Notes: generated from the sequence alone by a model not told the origin. A stretch of 32,000 bases of DNA from Xylanibacter ruminicola 23 (GCF_000025925.1 NC_014033.1:2580001-2612000); one strand, 5' to 3'; positions 16,119 to 25,603 are shown, numbered from the stretch's first letter. Program-made: numbers and translations.

Positions 16119-17729
16119 ATGAAAAAGATGAATGTCTTGCTGGCCAGCCTGATGCTGACAGCAGCTACAACAACAGCCACAGCTGGTGGCATCTTAACCA
16201 ACACCAATCAGAGTATCGACTTTTTGCGCAATCCTGCGCGAGATGCAGCCATCGGTCTTGATGGAGTATACAGTAACCCCGCCGGTGTAGCCTTCATGCC
16301 CGAAGGTTTCCACCTCGGTTTCAACTGGCAGTATGCCCATCAAACCCGTACCATCGAGAGTACCAGTCCATTCTTTGCATTAGGAAGAAAGAACGGAGGT
16401 CAGACCACCAAGACTTTCGAAGGTGTGGCCGACGCCCCCTTCCTGCCCTCAATCCAGGCAGCCTACAACAAGGGCAACTGGAGTGTGCAGTTCAACTTCT
16501 CGGTTCCTGGGGGCGGCGGTGCCTGTGAGTTCCAGGACGGTCTGGGTTCGTTCGAGAGCGTAGTTGGTAACATCGCCAGCAGTTTCATGACGCTTGATGG
16601 CATGGCCACTCAGCTCAATGGTCTCACCTCACAGCTCACTCCCCTCTATGCCATGATGGGACAGGCAGCCCCCAACGCTATCAATACCTATGGTGTGAAT
16701 GGCTATGACATGAACGGCTATATGCAGGGACGCCAGTATTACTTCGGTTTCCAGTTGGGTACGGCCTACAAGATTAATAAGAACCTCGCTGTTTACGGAG
16801 GTTTGCGCGTGCTCTATGGTACAGCCACTTATAAAGCCAAGATCAGCAACATCATGGTAGGCACACAGGGCGGCTATGTGGATTTTAGCAATTTCCTGCC
16901 CAATGTTCCTGCTCAGGCACAACAGAATGCTGCTGTGGCTCAGCAGCACCTGGCACTGCTTAGCAAGGTTGAACAGGCAGGCATGATGACCGATCAGCTC
17001 AAGCAGGCACAGGCATCGCTGACAGCTGGTTTGTCACAGCTTCAGCAGAGCTCAGGTCAGTTGGCCACCCTGTCGAAATATGCCGAGGGTGTGAATCTGC
17101 TTTGCAACCAGTCGAGTGTAGGCATCGCTCCTATCGTCAGCGTTGACTATAAGTTTGGCAATTTCAACTTTGCTGCCAAATACGAGTTCAAGACACAGAT
17201 TCGCATGAAAAACGAATCAACGGTGAATGAAGCCAGCGAGATTGCTGCAGTCAACAAGTTCCGCGATGGCGAAGAGGTGAATGAAGATGTTCCTGCTCTG
17301 CTGACAGTAGGCGCCATGTGGAGCCCTGTTGAGGATATCCGTATTAACTTAGGCTATCACCATTATTTCGACAAAGACGCTTCATGGTATAACAATGCCC
17401 AGAAACTGCTCGACCACGACTCAAACGAGTATCTGGCAGGTGTAGAATGGGATCTGAGCGACAAACTCACCATCTCAGCAGGAGGTCAGGTAACACGCTA
17501 TGGTCTTACTGATGACTACATGAACGATATGTCGTTTGTAACCAACAGCTACAGCTTCGGACTTGGTTTCAACTACAAGGCCAGCGACAAGATTACCTTG
17601 AAAGCTGCCTACTTCCAAACCAACTACGACGATTACAATCGTAACGACTATCCACCACTCTCTGGTATGAGCGACTCGTTCACCCGTACCAACCGCGTAC
17701 TGGGTATCGGCTGTGAGCTGAATCTCTAA
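16119..17729 (+). CDS. Outer-membrane transport protein, FadL/OmpP1/TodX-like beta-barrel
   Basis: Signal peptide. The N-terminal hatch-like segment is GGILTNTNQSIDFLRNPARDAAIGLDGVYSNPAGVAFM. The barrel segments are Tyr/Gly-rich. The C-terminus is RVLGIGCELNL. The family assignment rests on motif resemblance only. Confidence 0.6.
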   Translation: MKKMNVLLASLMLTAATTTATAGGILTNTNQSIDFLRNPARDAAIGLDGVYSNPAGVAFMPEGFHLGFNWQYAHQTRTIESTSPFFALGRKNGGQTTKTFEGVADAPFLPSIQAAYNKGNWSVQFNFSVPGGGGACEFQDGLGSFESVVGNIASSFMTLDGMATQLNGLTSQLTPLYAMMGQAAPNAINTYGVNGYDMNGYMQGRQYYFGFQLGTAYKINKNLAVYGGLRVLYGTATYKAKISNIMVGTQGGYVDFSNFLPNVPAQAQQNAAVAQQHLALLSKVEQAGMMTDQLKQAQASLTAGLSQLQQSSGQLATLSKYAEGVNLLCNQSSVGIAPIVSVDYKFGNFNFAAKYEFKTQIRMKNESTVNEASEIAAVNKFRDGEEVNEDVPALLTVGAMWSPVEDIRINLGYHHYFDKDASWYNNAQKLLDHDSNEYLAGVEWDLSDKLTISAGGQVTRYGLTDDYMNDMSFVTNSYSFGLGFNYKASDKITLKAAYFQTNYDDYNRNDYPPLSGMSDSFTRTNRVLGIGCELNL

Positions 17730-17738
17730 AAAGAACGA

Positions 17739-19994
17739 TTATTGCGGATCTACATCGAAGTAGATCTGGAGCGACGAATAGCGCTTGTCTTGTAGCATCT
17801 GCTGCTGGGCAAGCGCTAAATATTTACGCACGTCGGCCATACCGATGCCTGGTTCAAGCTTAAGCACCAACTTACGAATAGAGAGCGACTTAACTTTAGC
17901 GATGGCAGGCTTGTCGGGACCTAACACACGAGCCGAGAACCACTGGCGCAATCTACTACCCATCTCAATACCTGCCGACTCAACCACTGCATCCGAACGG
18001 TGTTTCAGGTAAACATAGATTAAGCGATAATAAGGCGGATAATGGAAATGCTGGCGCTCGGCTATTAGCGAACGGTACAATCCGGCATAATCGTTCTGCA
18101 CTACTTGTTGGATAACGGGTAGTGTTGGCGATTTGGTTTGTAGGATTACCAAACCCTGCTTGCCCTTGCGACCGGCACGACCAGCCACCTGAGCCATCAT
18201 CATATAAGCCTGCTCGTAAGCACGGAAATCGGGATAGTTCAGCATGTTGTCGGCATTCAGAATGCCTACTACCGACACCTTATCAAAATCCAAGCCCTTG
18301 GATATCATCTGGGTACCTATCAACAGATTGGTACGACCGGCTGAAAAATCGCTGATGATACGTTCGTAGGCATTACGGGTACGGGTGGTATCAAGGTCCA
18401 TACGGGCAATACGGGCCTCAGGGAAGATATCACGCAACTGGTCTTCAATCTTCTCGGTGCCATATCCCTTGGTTATCAGATCATGCCCGCCACAGGCTGG
18501 GCACTCAGTGGGTACCTGGTAGGTGTAGCCGCAGTAGTGACAGGTAAGCTGATTCATGTTGCGATGCAACGTCAGCGACACATCACAATGCTGACAATGG
18601 GGCACCCAGCCGCATTGCTTACACTCTATCATGGGTGCATAGCCTCGACGGTTCTGGAAGTATATCACCTGCTCGCCTCGCTCCAATGCCTCGCGGGTCT
18701 TCGCCAACAATAATGGCGAGAACACACCGTTCATCATCTTACGGTGCTGCAAGTCCTTGATATCCACCACCTGGATCTCAGGCAGCTGAATACCTTTATA
18801 ACGTTGGAAAAGCTCTACCAAACCATACTTACCTGTTTTGGCATTATGGTAGGTCTCGAGCGATGGTGTGGCAGTACCCAATAACGTCTTGGCACCATAC
18901 ATCTGTGCCAGCATGATAGCTGCCGAACGGGCATGATAACGCGGTGCAGGGTCCTGCTGTTTATACGAGGTTACATGCTCCTCATCCACAATAATCAGTC
19001 CTAAGTTCTGGAAAGGCAGCAGCACGGCACTGCGCGCACCCAGAATCACATCATAGGGATGCTTCGAAAGCTGTTTCTGCCAGATTTCCACACGCTCGGC
19101 ATCCGAGTATTTACTGTGATAGATGCCCAGGCGATTGCCAAACACTCGCTGCAGGCGTTGCATCATCTGCACGGTAAGCGCTATTTCGGGCAACAGATAG
19201 AGCACCTGCTGATGCTTATCCAATGCCTGCTGTATCAGGTGGATATAAATCTCGGTTTTACCGCTCGAGGTAACACCATGCAGCAGCGTCACGTTTTTCT
19301 GCAGAAACGAGAACTGTATCTGGTTAAACGCTTCCTGCTGTACATCGCTCAGCGGTTTGATATGTTCAGGATGCGGATCGCCACCAAAATTCAATCGCCC
19401 CACCTCTTTATCATAGGTTTCCAACACACCTCGCTGCACCAAGGCGTTTACCGACTGCAGGGTGTGTCCCTGGTTAATCAGCTCGTCGCGGGTTATCTCG
19501 AACTGTTCCTCGGTCTGTCCTAACTGGTCCCAACCCGAGAGTTCCAGATAATCCAGGAAAGCCTTGAGCTGCTTGGGAGCACGCTGCAGCATATCAATAG
19601 CCACGTGCAGGGCCTGCTCGCTGCGGAACTTAGGCGACAGCTGGATGTATAGTTCGGTACGTGGACGATAACCATCCTCGGCTTTCAGTCCTGATGGGAG
19701 TGCTGCCTTATACACCTCGCCAATAGGCGACATGTAGTAATCGGCAATCCACTGCCACAGCTTCAGCTGGTTATCGGTAATGATAGGTGTGGCATCCATC
19801 ACCTGGCTGATGGGCTTTACCTGATAGTCCTTAGGTTTCTCATTGTGCAATCGGGCCACAATACCCAAGTAGGTTTTGCTACGCCCGAAAGTTACCAGTA
19901 CGCGCATACCAATACCTACGCTCATGCCATCCGGCACGGCGTAGGTAAAAAGTCCTGTTAACGGAACAGGTAATATGATATCCGCGTAACTCAC
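17739..19994 (-). CDS. priA: Primosomal protein N' (replication restart helicase PriA)
   Basis: Walker A is HGVTSSGKTEIY and the DEAH-type box is VDEEH. The Cys-rich zinc region is CKQCGWVPHCQHCDVSLTLH...CHYCGYTYQVPTECPACGG. The GTG start at 19994 is forced by an in-frame TAA three nt upstream. Confidence 0.95.
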   Translation of the reverse strand: MSYADIILPVPLTGLFTYAVPDGMSVGIGMRVLVTFGRSKTYLGIVARLHNEKPKDYQVKPISQVMDATPIITDNQLKLWQWIADYYMSPIGEVYKAALPSGLKAEDGYRPRTELYIQLSPKFRSEQALHVAIDMLQRAPKQLKAFLDYLELSGWDQLGQTEEQFEITRDELINQGHTLQSVNALVQRGVLETYDKEVGRLNFGGDPHPEHIKPLSDVQQEAFNQIQFSFLQKNVTLLHGVTSSGKTEIYIHLIQQALDKHQQVLYLLPEIALTVQMMQRLQRVFGNRLGIYHSKYSDAERVEIWQKQLSKHPYDVILGARSAVLLPFQNLGLIIVDEEHVTSYKQQDPAPRYHARSAAIMLAQMYGAKTLLGTATPSLETYHNAKTGKYGLVELFQRYKGIQLPEIQVVDIKDLQHRKMMNGVFSPLLLAKTREALERGEQVIYFQNRRGYAPMIECKQCGWVPHCQHCDVSLTLHRNMNQLTCHYCGYTYQVPTECPACGGHDLITKGYGTEKIEDQLRDIFPEARIARMDLDTTRTRNAYERIISDFSAGRTNLLIGTQMISKGLDFDKVSVVGILNADNMLNYPDFRAYEQAYMMMAQVAGRAGRKGKQGLVILQTKSPTLPVIQQVVQNDYAGLYRSLIAERQHFHYPPYYRLIYVYLKHRSDAVVESAGIEMGSRLRQWFSARVLGPDKPAIAKVKSLSIRKLVLKLEPGIGMADVRKYLALAQQQMLQDKRYSSLQIYFDVDPQ

Positions 19995-19997
19995 CCC

Positions 19998-20612
19998 TTA
20001 GAAGAAGTAAGCAACCGAAAGCTGCCAAGCATTAGCCTTGGTCTTGCCAGTAAGAATGTTACCAGCAGTAGACAGAGTTGAATTGACAACGTTGGTCTCA
20101 CCAGTAGTTCCAAGAGCAACATTATAGTTGGCCGATACCTGCAGATGGTTCAGCAGCATCAAACCAACACCTAAATTAGCACTCAGGTTTGAGTCCTTCA
20201 AGCGCCACTCAAGGGCGTTGTTAAGAAGATTAGTGGTTTTATCTCCAATATTAAAGCCGAACTGAGGACCAGCAAAGATGTAAATGCTTGCAGTATTACC
20301 CAAGCCAAAACCATAACGAAGGTTTATGGGAATCTGAATTGACTGCTGCTTCAGCTTATCATCAGAGCCTTCGATCTTAGCCGAACGCTGATCGTACAAG
20401 GCCGATGCATCAATGCCAAGACCTACCACTGGGAGCGTAAAATTAATAGTCGGACCGATAAAGAAACCAGTCTGATTCGACTTGTCAACGATCGAATTAT
20501 CGAACTTCATATTAGTCAGGTTAAGGCCACCCTTAACACCAAACTTCACCTGTGCCTGAGCAGCAACAGTCATTGTTGCCAGCAGCACTACTAAAGTAAA
20601 AAATTTCTTCAT
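19998..20612 (-). CDS. Small outer-membrane beta-barrel protein (OMP_b-brl_2 / porin-family, PorT-like fold class)
   Basis: Signal peptide MKKFFTLVVLLATMTVAAQAQ. The first strand VKFGVKGGLNLTN is typical of this family. Gly/Asn-rich strands alternate through the body. The C-terminus is WQLSVAYFF. Confidence 0.7.
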   Translation of the reverse strand: MKKFFTLVVLLATMTVAAQAQVKFGVKGGLNLTNMKFDNSIVDKSNQTGFFIGPTINFTLPVVGLGIDASALYDQRSAKIEGSDDKLKQQSIQIPINLRYGFGLGNTASIYIFAGPQFGFNIGDKTTNLLNNALEWRLKDSNLSANLGVGLMLLNHLQVSANYNVALGTTGETNVVNSTLSTAGNILTGKTKANAWQLSVAYFF

Positions 20613-20654
20613 AACTTATACCAATTATTAATGTTATTGAATCATTCCACGGCG

Positions 20655-20662
20655 CAAAGTTA
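20655..20662 (-). promoter_or_regulatory. Bacteroidota -7 promoter box TAACTTTG for the small OMP-priA unit
   Basis: The reverse complement of caaagtta reads TAACTTTG. It lies 43 nt upstream of ATG 20612 and downstream of the porN terminator hairpin. Confidence 0.5.
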
Positions 20663-20682
20663 CGAAAAAAGTTGGAATCGAA

Positions 20683-20716
20683 AAGGGAATAACCGTTTTT
20701 TTTCGATTATTCCCTT
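20683..20716 (-). terminator. Candidate terminator of the por operon
   Basis: 10-bp stem AAGGGAATAA (20683-20692) / TTATTCCCTT (20707-20716) with a 14-nt loop. On the minus strand it begins 14 nt after the porN stop and is followed by TTCGATT. The stem is AT-rich, so only moderate strength is expected. Confidence 0.45.
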
Positions 20717-20729
20717 GTATTTTGACTAA

Positions 20730-21785
20730 TTAATGGCGCTGTCGACGTACCGACACGCGGGCACCACTGTTGCTACTGCCACTCGATTTCTCGGTCTTGG
20801 CACTCTTCTGCTTAGCCACCTTTACGCCCTTGGTTGCGGCGGGTTTGTTCTTGGCAGCCTTCACCTTCTTATCGGCCTTGGTATCCTTCAAAGCAGCTAT
20901 GCTATCCAGTGAGTCGCGCTTGGCAGGATCGCCGAAAATCGTTTTCTTAAAACCTTCCAGTTCAGCTTCGATACGCTTCTGCTCGGCAGTCATCTTAGCC
21001 TCATCGCCACCGCACAACTGCAGCAGTGTTTTACCCTGCGCATTGTTGGTTTTATAGATTTTTCCACGATACATATTGAGCGTAAAGAAGTCGTCCATCG
21101 ATACGGTGGCAGCATTGTTCATACTGCTGGCCATCACTGTCTGACGGTTCAGGTAGGGTTCCAAGTCACTGTATTTCACCCAGAACAAGGGGTACTGCGT
21201 TGCCTCGCCACCAAACTCGTCCATCATAATGGGACACAAGGCCTGCACCTTGATGTGGAACGAAGAGTTGGCCTGATCGTAATAGGCACTCTCCTTCAGA
21301 TAGTACTTCTTCACCATCGCCGAAGGGATATCGCTGTTATCCACACGTATCTTGCCATCCTTCTCCTCGTAAAAAATATGGTAGTTATCCAGTAGCGCCT
21401 TCATATCAGCCTTGGTGGCATCGGAAAACACATCGCTGCCATCGGTAGGATACTCATACACGGGGATATAGCCGTTAAGTGCCAATTTAAAGATATAGGT
21501 AAACAAGTTCAACTGTTTGCCCTGAGGCTCCACAGGATAGTAGAGTCCGCCATTGGCATCATCCTCCAACGAAATCTCACGATAGATATCGCGACGCCAC
21601 ACCACCTCTTCGGGCATCTCTACAGCTGTGGGGAATGATATCTGTGCGCGCATCGACATAGCCGAAGATGCTGCATTCTGCTTGGTTTGCTGCTGAGCCT
21701 GCTGCTCGGCACGGCGCTGTGGTGGCTGAGCCACTGCTGCACTCACCATCAGCACGAGGGTTGATATGAACAATAATCTCTTCAT
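20730..21785 (-). CDS. porN: Type IX secretion system ring protein PorN/GldN
   Basis: Signal peptide. The segment VVWRRDIYREISLEDDANGGLYYP...NLFTYIFKLALNGYIPVYEY is characteristic of GldN. The gene sits immediately after gldM. It has a Lys-rich C-terminal tail. Confidence 0.9.
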   Translation of the reverse strand: MKRLLFISTLVLMVSAAVAQPPQRRAEQQAQQQTKQNAASSAMSMRAQISFPTAVEMPEEVVWRRDIYREISLEDDANGGLYYPVEPQGKQLNLFTYIFKLALNGYIPVYEYPTDGSDVFSDATKADMKALLDNYHIFYEEKDGKIRVDNSDIPSAMVKKYYLKESAYYDQANSSFHIKVQALCPIMMDEFGGEATQYPLFWVKYSDLEPYLNRQTVMASSMNNAATVSMDDFFTLNMYRGKIYKTNNAQGKTLLQLCGGDEAKMTAEQKRIEAELEGFKKTIFGDPAKRDSLDSIAALKDTKADKKVKAAKNKPAATKGVKVAKQKSAKTEKSSGSSNSGARVSVRRQRH

Positions 21786-21802
21786 ACTATCTTATACCTT
21801 AT

Positions 21803-23362
21803 TTATTTTACAATCACTTCCATGGGGTTAGTCAGGGTGCGGGTTAATCCATCGGGACCGGTTACCGTTACCCTCGAAATATAGAATCGGCGATTACGAG
21901 CCAGCTTGCGGAAGGTATCCTTCTGACGAGCCGAAAACTGTGCACCATCCGATGCCATCGGCACGGCGTTACCCATATTGTCGAAGAACACCGTTTCGAA
22001 GCTCTGCACACGGAATGCAATATCCAGTATGCCATCGTCGATAGCAGCACCCAGATGTTCTACAGCCACCAGCTGTCCCTTGCTCAAGGCTCCACCCTTG
22101 TATCGGGCGGGATTGCCATGCTCATCCTTCATCGATATATAAGGTGTAGGATCGGGCAATTTCCTGACACGGAAGGTGTACTGCCCCATCTGCTGGGCAT
22201 GACCGGTATTGGTGCTGGTAACGGTAATCACAGCGTTCTGTCCTATCTTTGCTGGACGTGCGATGTACTTGCCAGGCCCCACGCTCTGCAACGTACCATT
22301 GGTCATCGAGGCCTGAATCTTATTCAGCGGCACACCTGGCACACTGATGCTGATGGGGTTGGCATAACCTGCATAAAGCATGTTCATCAGGTCGGCCGAT
22401 ACAGTAGCGCTGGGCTCAACTACGGTGTAGTCCTGTGTAAACTCACGGCGTATGCGGTCGCCATTGCCATTCACCATCTCCATATAGCCCTTCAGCGTAA
22501 AGTCGCCAGTCTTGCCACACACGGTTTCGTACAGTCCGTTCTGAAGGTTTACCTTCTGTCCGCCGATAAAGATATCGGGTACCTGGGTGGTATCAACAGC
22601 AGCCATCACGATACGGGCCGAGAAACGGTCGCCACGAACAATCGTTTTTGAGTTGGGAATCACAAAGGCATCCAACAGGTTTACACGAACATCCTTCACG
22701 TCGATGTTCTGTACCAGAGTATGCAGAACCTCGCCCTCGGCATAGCGCACATCACTCTGCAGTTTCGACAGCAGCGTAACGGCAGCCGCAGCGGGCATCG
22801 ACTCAAACATATATTCGGCCCAGTTCTTACCCATAGCACGCTTGGGCACCTGGGTAGTAAGATTGCTGGCTATAATCTGTCGCTGTTTCTCATCAGTTAC
22901 CATCGTCAGCATACGCTCACGGAAACTGTTGATAGCCTTGTACAGTTTCTGTCCCTGTCCGTTGGTAGGCGAGAGCATCACGTAGTTAGCAGGCTCCTGA
23001 TCCTCCTTATTGCGGATATTAGTGACATCGCCATCCTTGCCATCGGCCTCAACCACGATGGCCTGCTTCAGACTGGCAGCAAAGTTATACAGCGAGTCGC
23101 TCATCTGGCGCACCTGCTGGGCTTTGCCGTACCACTCGCGGGTTTTCTGCGGGTTAGCCTTCAGCTGCTGCTCAAAGGTTTTGTAGATGGCCAGGTTCTC
23201 CTTGGCGGAGTTACCTGTAGTGCGGTTCAGACTTTCCTCCACAATCGAAAAGCCGTTGAGCACCTCGTTCGAAACGTTAAGTGCCAACATCGCCATCAGG
23301 ACAACGTACATCAGGTTAATCATCCTCTGACGTGGAGAAACGGGTCTTTTCTTGATTGCCAT
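21803..23362 (-). CDS. porM: Type IX secretion system motor/rotor protein PorM/GldM
   Basis: The N-terminus RQRMINLMYVVLMAMLALNVSNEVLNGF is the hallmark GldM TM helix and start. The length is 519 aa. The gene sits between gldL and gldN. Confidence 0.92.
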   Translation of the reverse strand: MAIKKRPVSPRQRMINLMYVVLMAMLALNVSNEVLNGFSIVEESLNRTTGNSAKENLAIYKTFEQQLKANPQKTREWYGKAQQVRQMSDSLYNFAASLKQAIVVEADGKDGDVTNIRNKEDQEPANYVMLSPTNGQGQKLYKAINSFRERMLTMVTDEKQRQIIASNLTTQVPKRAMGKNWAEYMFESMPAAAAVTLLSKLQSDVRYAEGEVLHTLVQNIDVKDVRVNLLDAFVIPNSKTIVRGDRFSARIVMAAVDTTQVPDIFIGGQKVNLQNGLYETVCGKTGDFTLKGYMEMVNGNGDRIRREFTQDYTVVEPSATVSADLMNMLYAGYANPISISVPGVPLNKIQASMTNGTLQSVGPGKYIARPAKIGQNAVITVTSTNTGHAQQMGQYTFRVRKLPDPTPYISMKDEHGNPARYKGGALSKGQLVAVEHLGAAIDDGILDIAFRVQSFETVFFDNMGNAVPMASDGAQFSARQKDTFRKLARNRRFYISRVTVTGPDGLTRTLTNPMEVIVK

Positions 23363-23367
23363 AGTCG

Positions 23368-24132
23368 TTATGCGTTCATCTTAGCCGTCATTGCCTCAAT
23401 CATACGGCTATAAATCTTATTCAGTTCTGCTATCTGGGCGGCCATCTTCTTGGTTTGTTCGTTAATATCATCGATCGTACCAATCTGGGCGCTGGCACTC
23501 TTCAACTGCATCTCGTAAACCTTGCAGATGCCAGTTAGCGTGCGGTTCAGGTTCTCCATCTCCTCAGAGTCGTGAGCCAGCTTCTCGTTCTGGGCCGATA
23601 CCTTCGAGAGGGTCTCAGTCAGATGCTTCAGTTCCTCTACGTAGGTAGATGTAGCAGCATCCAGCTCGGGATGAGCCGAAACAGATGTCGGCTGGACTGC
23701 AACTGCCGACTGAACAGCAGCAGGCTGGGCGCTGGGTGTCGACGGTGAATTGGTCGATGAGCCAGTATAGGTACCACCGTTGCCATTAATGATGATGGTT
23801 CCACCATTGCCACCTACTACAGTTGCGCTGCCGCCTTTACTTGCAACGGGCGCTTCACCATTCACGTTTACGTGGGTATCCAGCACCATACCATCGGTAG
23901 TCTTGTCGAACGGACGATCAAAGGCCGAAAGGAAAAAAACCAGCACCTCGGTACCCATACCAAGGAACAAGAAGAAATCGGCGCCCTTCAGGTGGGTAAG
24001 CTTAAACAGCGTACCTAAGATAACGATTGCTGCGCCCCACGAGTAGGCGTAGTTCAGGAACGTCTGTCCTGGCACACTGTCCATCCACTTCTGCAAGCGG
24101 TAAATTACATTATATTTGCTGTATATCGTCAT
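23368..24132 (-). CDS. porL: Type IX secretion system motor protein PorL/GldL
   Basis: Two N-terminal TM helices: YSWGAAIVILGTLFKLTHLKGADFFLFLGMGTEVLVFFLSAFDRP. The C-terminal cytoplasmic domain is helical. The stop lies 5 nt before the porM start. Confidence 0.9.
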   Translation of the reverse strand: MTIYSKYNVIYRLQKWMDSVPGQTFLNYAYSWGAAIVILGTLFKLTHLKGADFFLFLGMGTEVLVFFLSAFDRPFDKTTDGMVLDTHVNVNGEAPVASKGGSATVVGGNGGTIIINGNGGTYTGSSTNSPSTPSAQPAAVQSAVAVQPTSVSAHPELDAATSTYVEELKHLTETLSKVSAQNEKLAHDSEEMENLNRTLTGICKVYEMQLKSASAQIGTIDDINEQTKKMAAQIAELNKIYSRMIEAMTAKMNA

Positions 24133-24152
24133 AACTATTGCGTATTTAGTGT

Positions 24153-25589
24153 TTACTTTCTCTTACCTTTTGTGCTTTTGGCGCGCTCACTGGTTGAATT
24201 GGCCAGACTGCGCACACAGCGGAATCCAATATACGAACGGGGCTGGTTCTGATACTCAGCTGTACGCCAGGCCGAACGGATATACGACTCGGGATCCTTC
24301 CACGAACCACCACGCACACTCTTACGCTTCAGGCGATAGGGATCCTCCTGAGCAGCGTTGTACTTCAGTGTGGGGTTGATATCGTTCATTGCCTCAACAC
24401 CTGCCTCGGTATAGATGGTGCTGGTCCACTCGGCCACATTACCTGCCATATCGTAAAGTCCATTCGAGTTGGCCGAATAGATGCCCACCCTACTGGTAAT
24501 CAGATTACCATCCTTGGTATAGTTGCCATTATCGGGCTTAAAATTGGCATAGAAACAACCCTTGCCGCTGGCCACATCCTCGTTATCCCATGGGAACTCG
24601 TTCTGATCCTTGCCACGGGCGGCATACTCCCACTCTGCCTCGGTTGGCAGGCGGTAACGCTGCACATAACGGGCTGCGGGACCTAAGCCTTTCAGCAGAT
24701 ACTCAGTACGCCAGGCACAGTAAGCATTGGCCTGCTCCCAGGTAACACCTACCACGGGATAATCGTTGTAAGCGGGATTCGAGAAATAGTAACGCAGATA
24801 CATCTCGTTATCAGCATTGGGGAAATCGTTTACCCAGCACGTGGTGTCGGGGAATACGTTTACGATATAGGTATTCAGGAAATCCCACGGTCCCGAAAGC
24901 GGACGATTGATACTCTCGCGAACAATACGCCCCTCGTCATCCACATAGGCAGTATCTTTCGATATCCACACCTGCTCGTCGGGATCAACTGTCAGGTCGG
25001 TATTCAGGTTGCGCTCCTGTGGGTTCAGTCGGTTACGACGCAGGGCTGCGGCGGTATAGTCGTACACCTCGTAGCGGTAGTTAAGCTGTCGGAAATCCAG
25101 CATTTTATCGCCTGTTACGGGATTGGTTACGTACATGGCATCGATAATCTCCTGCTCATCTTCGCTGGGGCGGCGTGGCAGTGGTTTCTTCCAATTCAGT
25201 ACGGTCGAAATCTCGTTACCTTCACGGTCGGTCTTTACCGTCTTGTAGGTTTCGTCAATCTCTGAAAGACGCTCGCGCAGGATGGAGTCGCGTACATAAT
25301 TCACAAACTGGCGATACTTCGAGTTGGTAACCTCGGTCTCGTCCATCCAGAATCCATCTACCGAGATATCGCGTACGGGTGTTTTCTTACCCCACAGCGA
25401 ATCCTGGTTCTCAATACCCATTTTCACATGGCCACGCTTAACCAGCACCATGCCGTAGGGCGTAGGCTCGGTAAAAGCTCTGCCACTGGTACCTGTCACC
25501 TCACCGCCATTGGCTGTCATCAGCTTACCGCCAAAACAGCTAGTAAGCATCAGTGCCGCAACGGTGCATAGTCCTATCAGTTTCTTCAT
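24153..25589 (-). CDS. porK: Type IX secretion system lipoprotein PorK/GldK (FGE-sulfatase/SUMF1-like fold)
   Basis: Lipobox AALMLTSC. The segments FWMDETEVTNSKYRQF, YPVVGVTWEQANAYCAWR, RLPTEAEWEYAARG, GLYDMAGNVAEW and VRGGSW are typical of GldK/SUMF1 domains. Confidence 0.92.
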   Translation of the reverse strand: MKKLIGLCTVAALMLTSCFGGKLMTANGGEVTGTSGRAFTEPTPYGMVLVKRGHVKMGIENQDSLWGKKTPVRDISVDGFWMDETEVTNSKYRQFVNYVRDSILRERLSEIDETYKTVKTDREGNEISTVLNWKKPLPRRPSEDEQEIIDAMYVTNPVTGDKMLDFRQLNYRYEVYDYTAAALRRNRLNPQERNLNTDLTVDPDEQVWISKDTAYVDDEGRIVRESINRPLSGPWDFLNTYIVNVFPDTTCWVNDFPNADNEMYLRYYFSNPAYNDYPVVGVTWEQANAYCAWRTEYLLKGLGPAARYVQRYRLPTEAEWEYAARGKDQNEFPWDNEDVASGKGCFYANFKPDNGNYTKDGNLITSRVGIYSANSNGLYDMAGNVAEWTSTIYTEAGVEAMNDINPTLKYNAAQEDPYRLKRKSVRGGSWKDPESYIRSAWRTAEYQNQPRSYIGFRCVRSLANSTSERAKSTKGKRK

Positions 25590-25603
25590 ATTTATCTTAT
25601 TTA

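Noticed and set aside
20676-20716. An apparent A-B-A'-B' (pseudoknot-like) arrangement: AATCGAAAA (20676-20684) pairs with TTTTCGATT (20700-20708), and AAGGGAATAA (20683-20692) pairs with TTATTCCCTT (20707-20716).
   Set aside because: The two helices share nucleotides, so they cannot form together. The B/B' hairpin alone is a sufficient explanation as the por operon terminator. The pattern follows from a short GGAAT-containing direct repeat.
23761-23835. An imperfect 18-nt direct repeat (GGTACCACCGTTGCCATT / GGTTCCACCATTGCCACC) inside porL.
   Set aside because: It simply encodes the Gly/Asn-rich linker (NGNGGT / GGNGGT). Its unit is in phase (a multiple of 3). It is noted under the T9SS finding rather than as a separate element.
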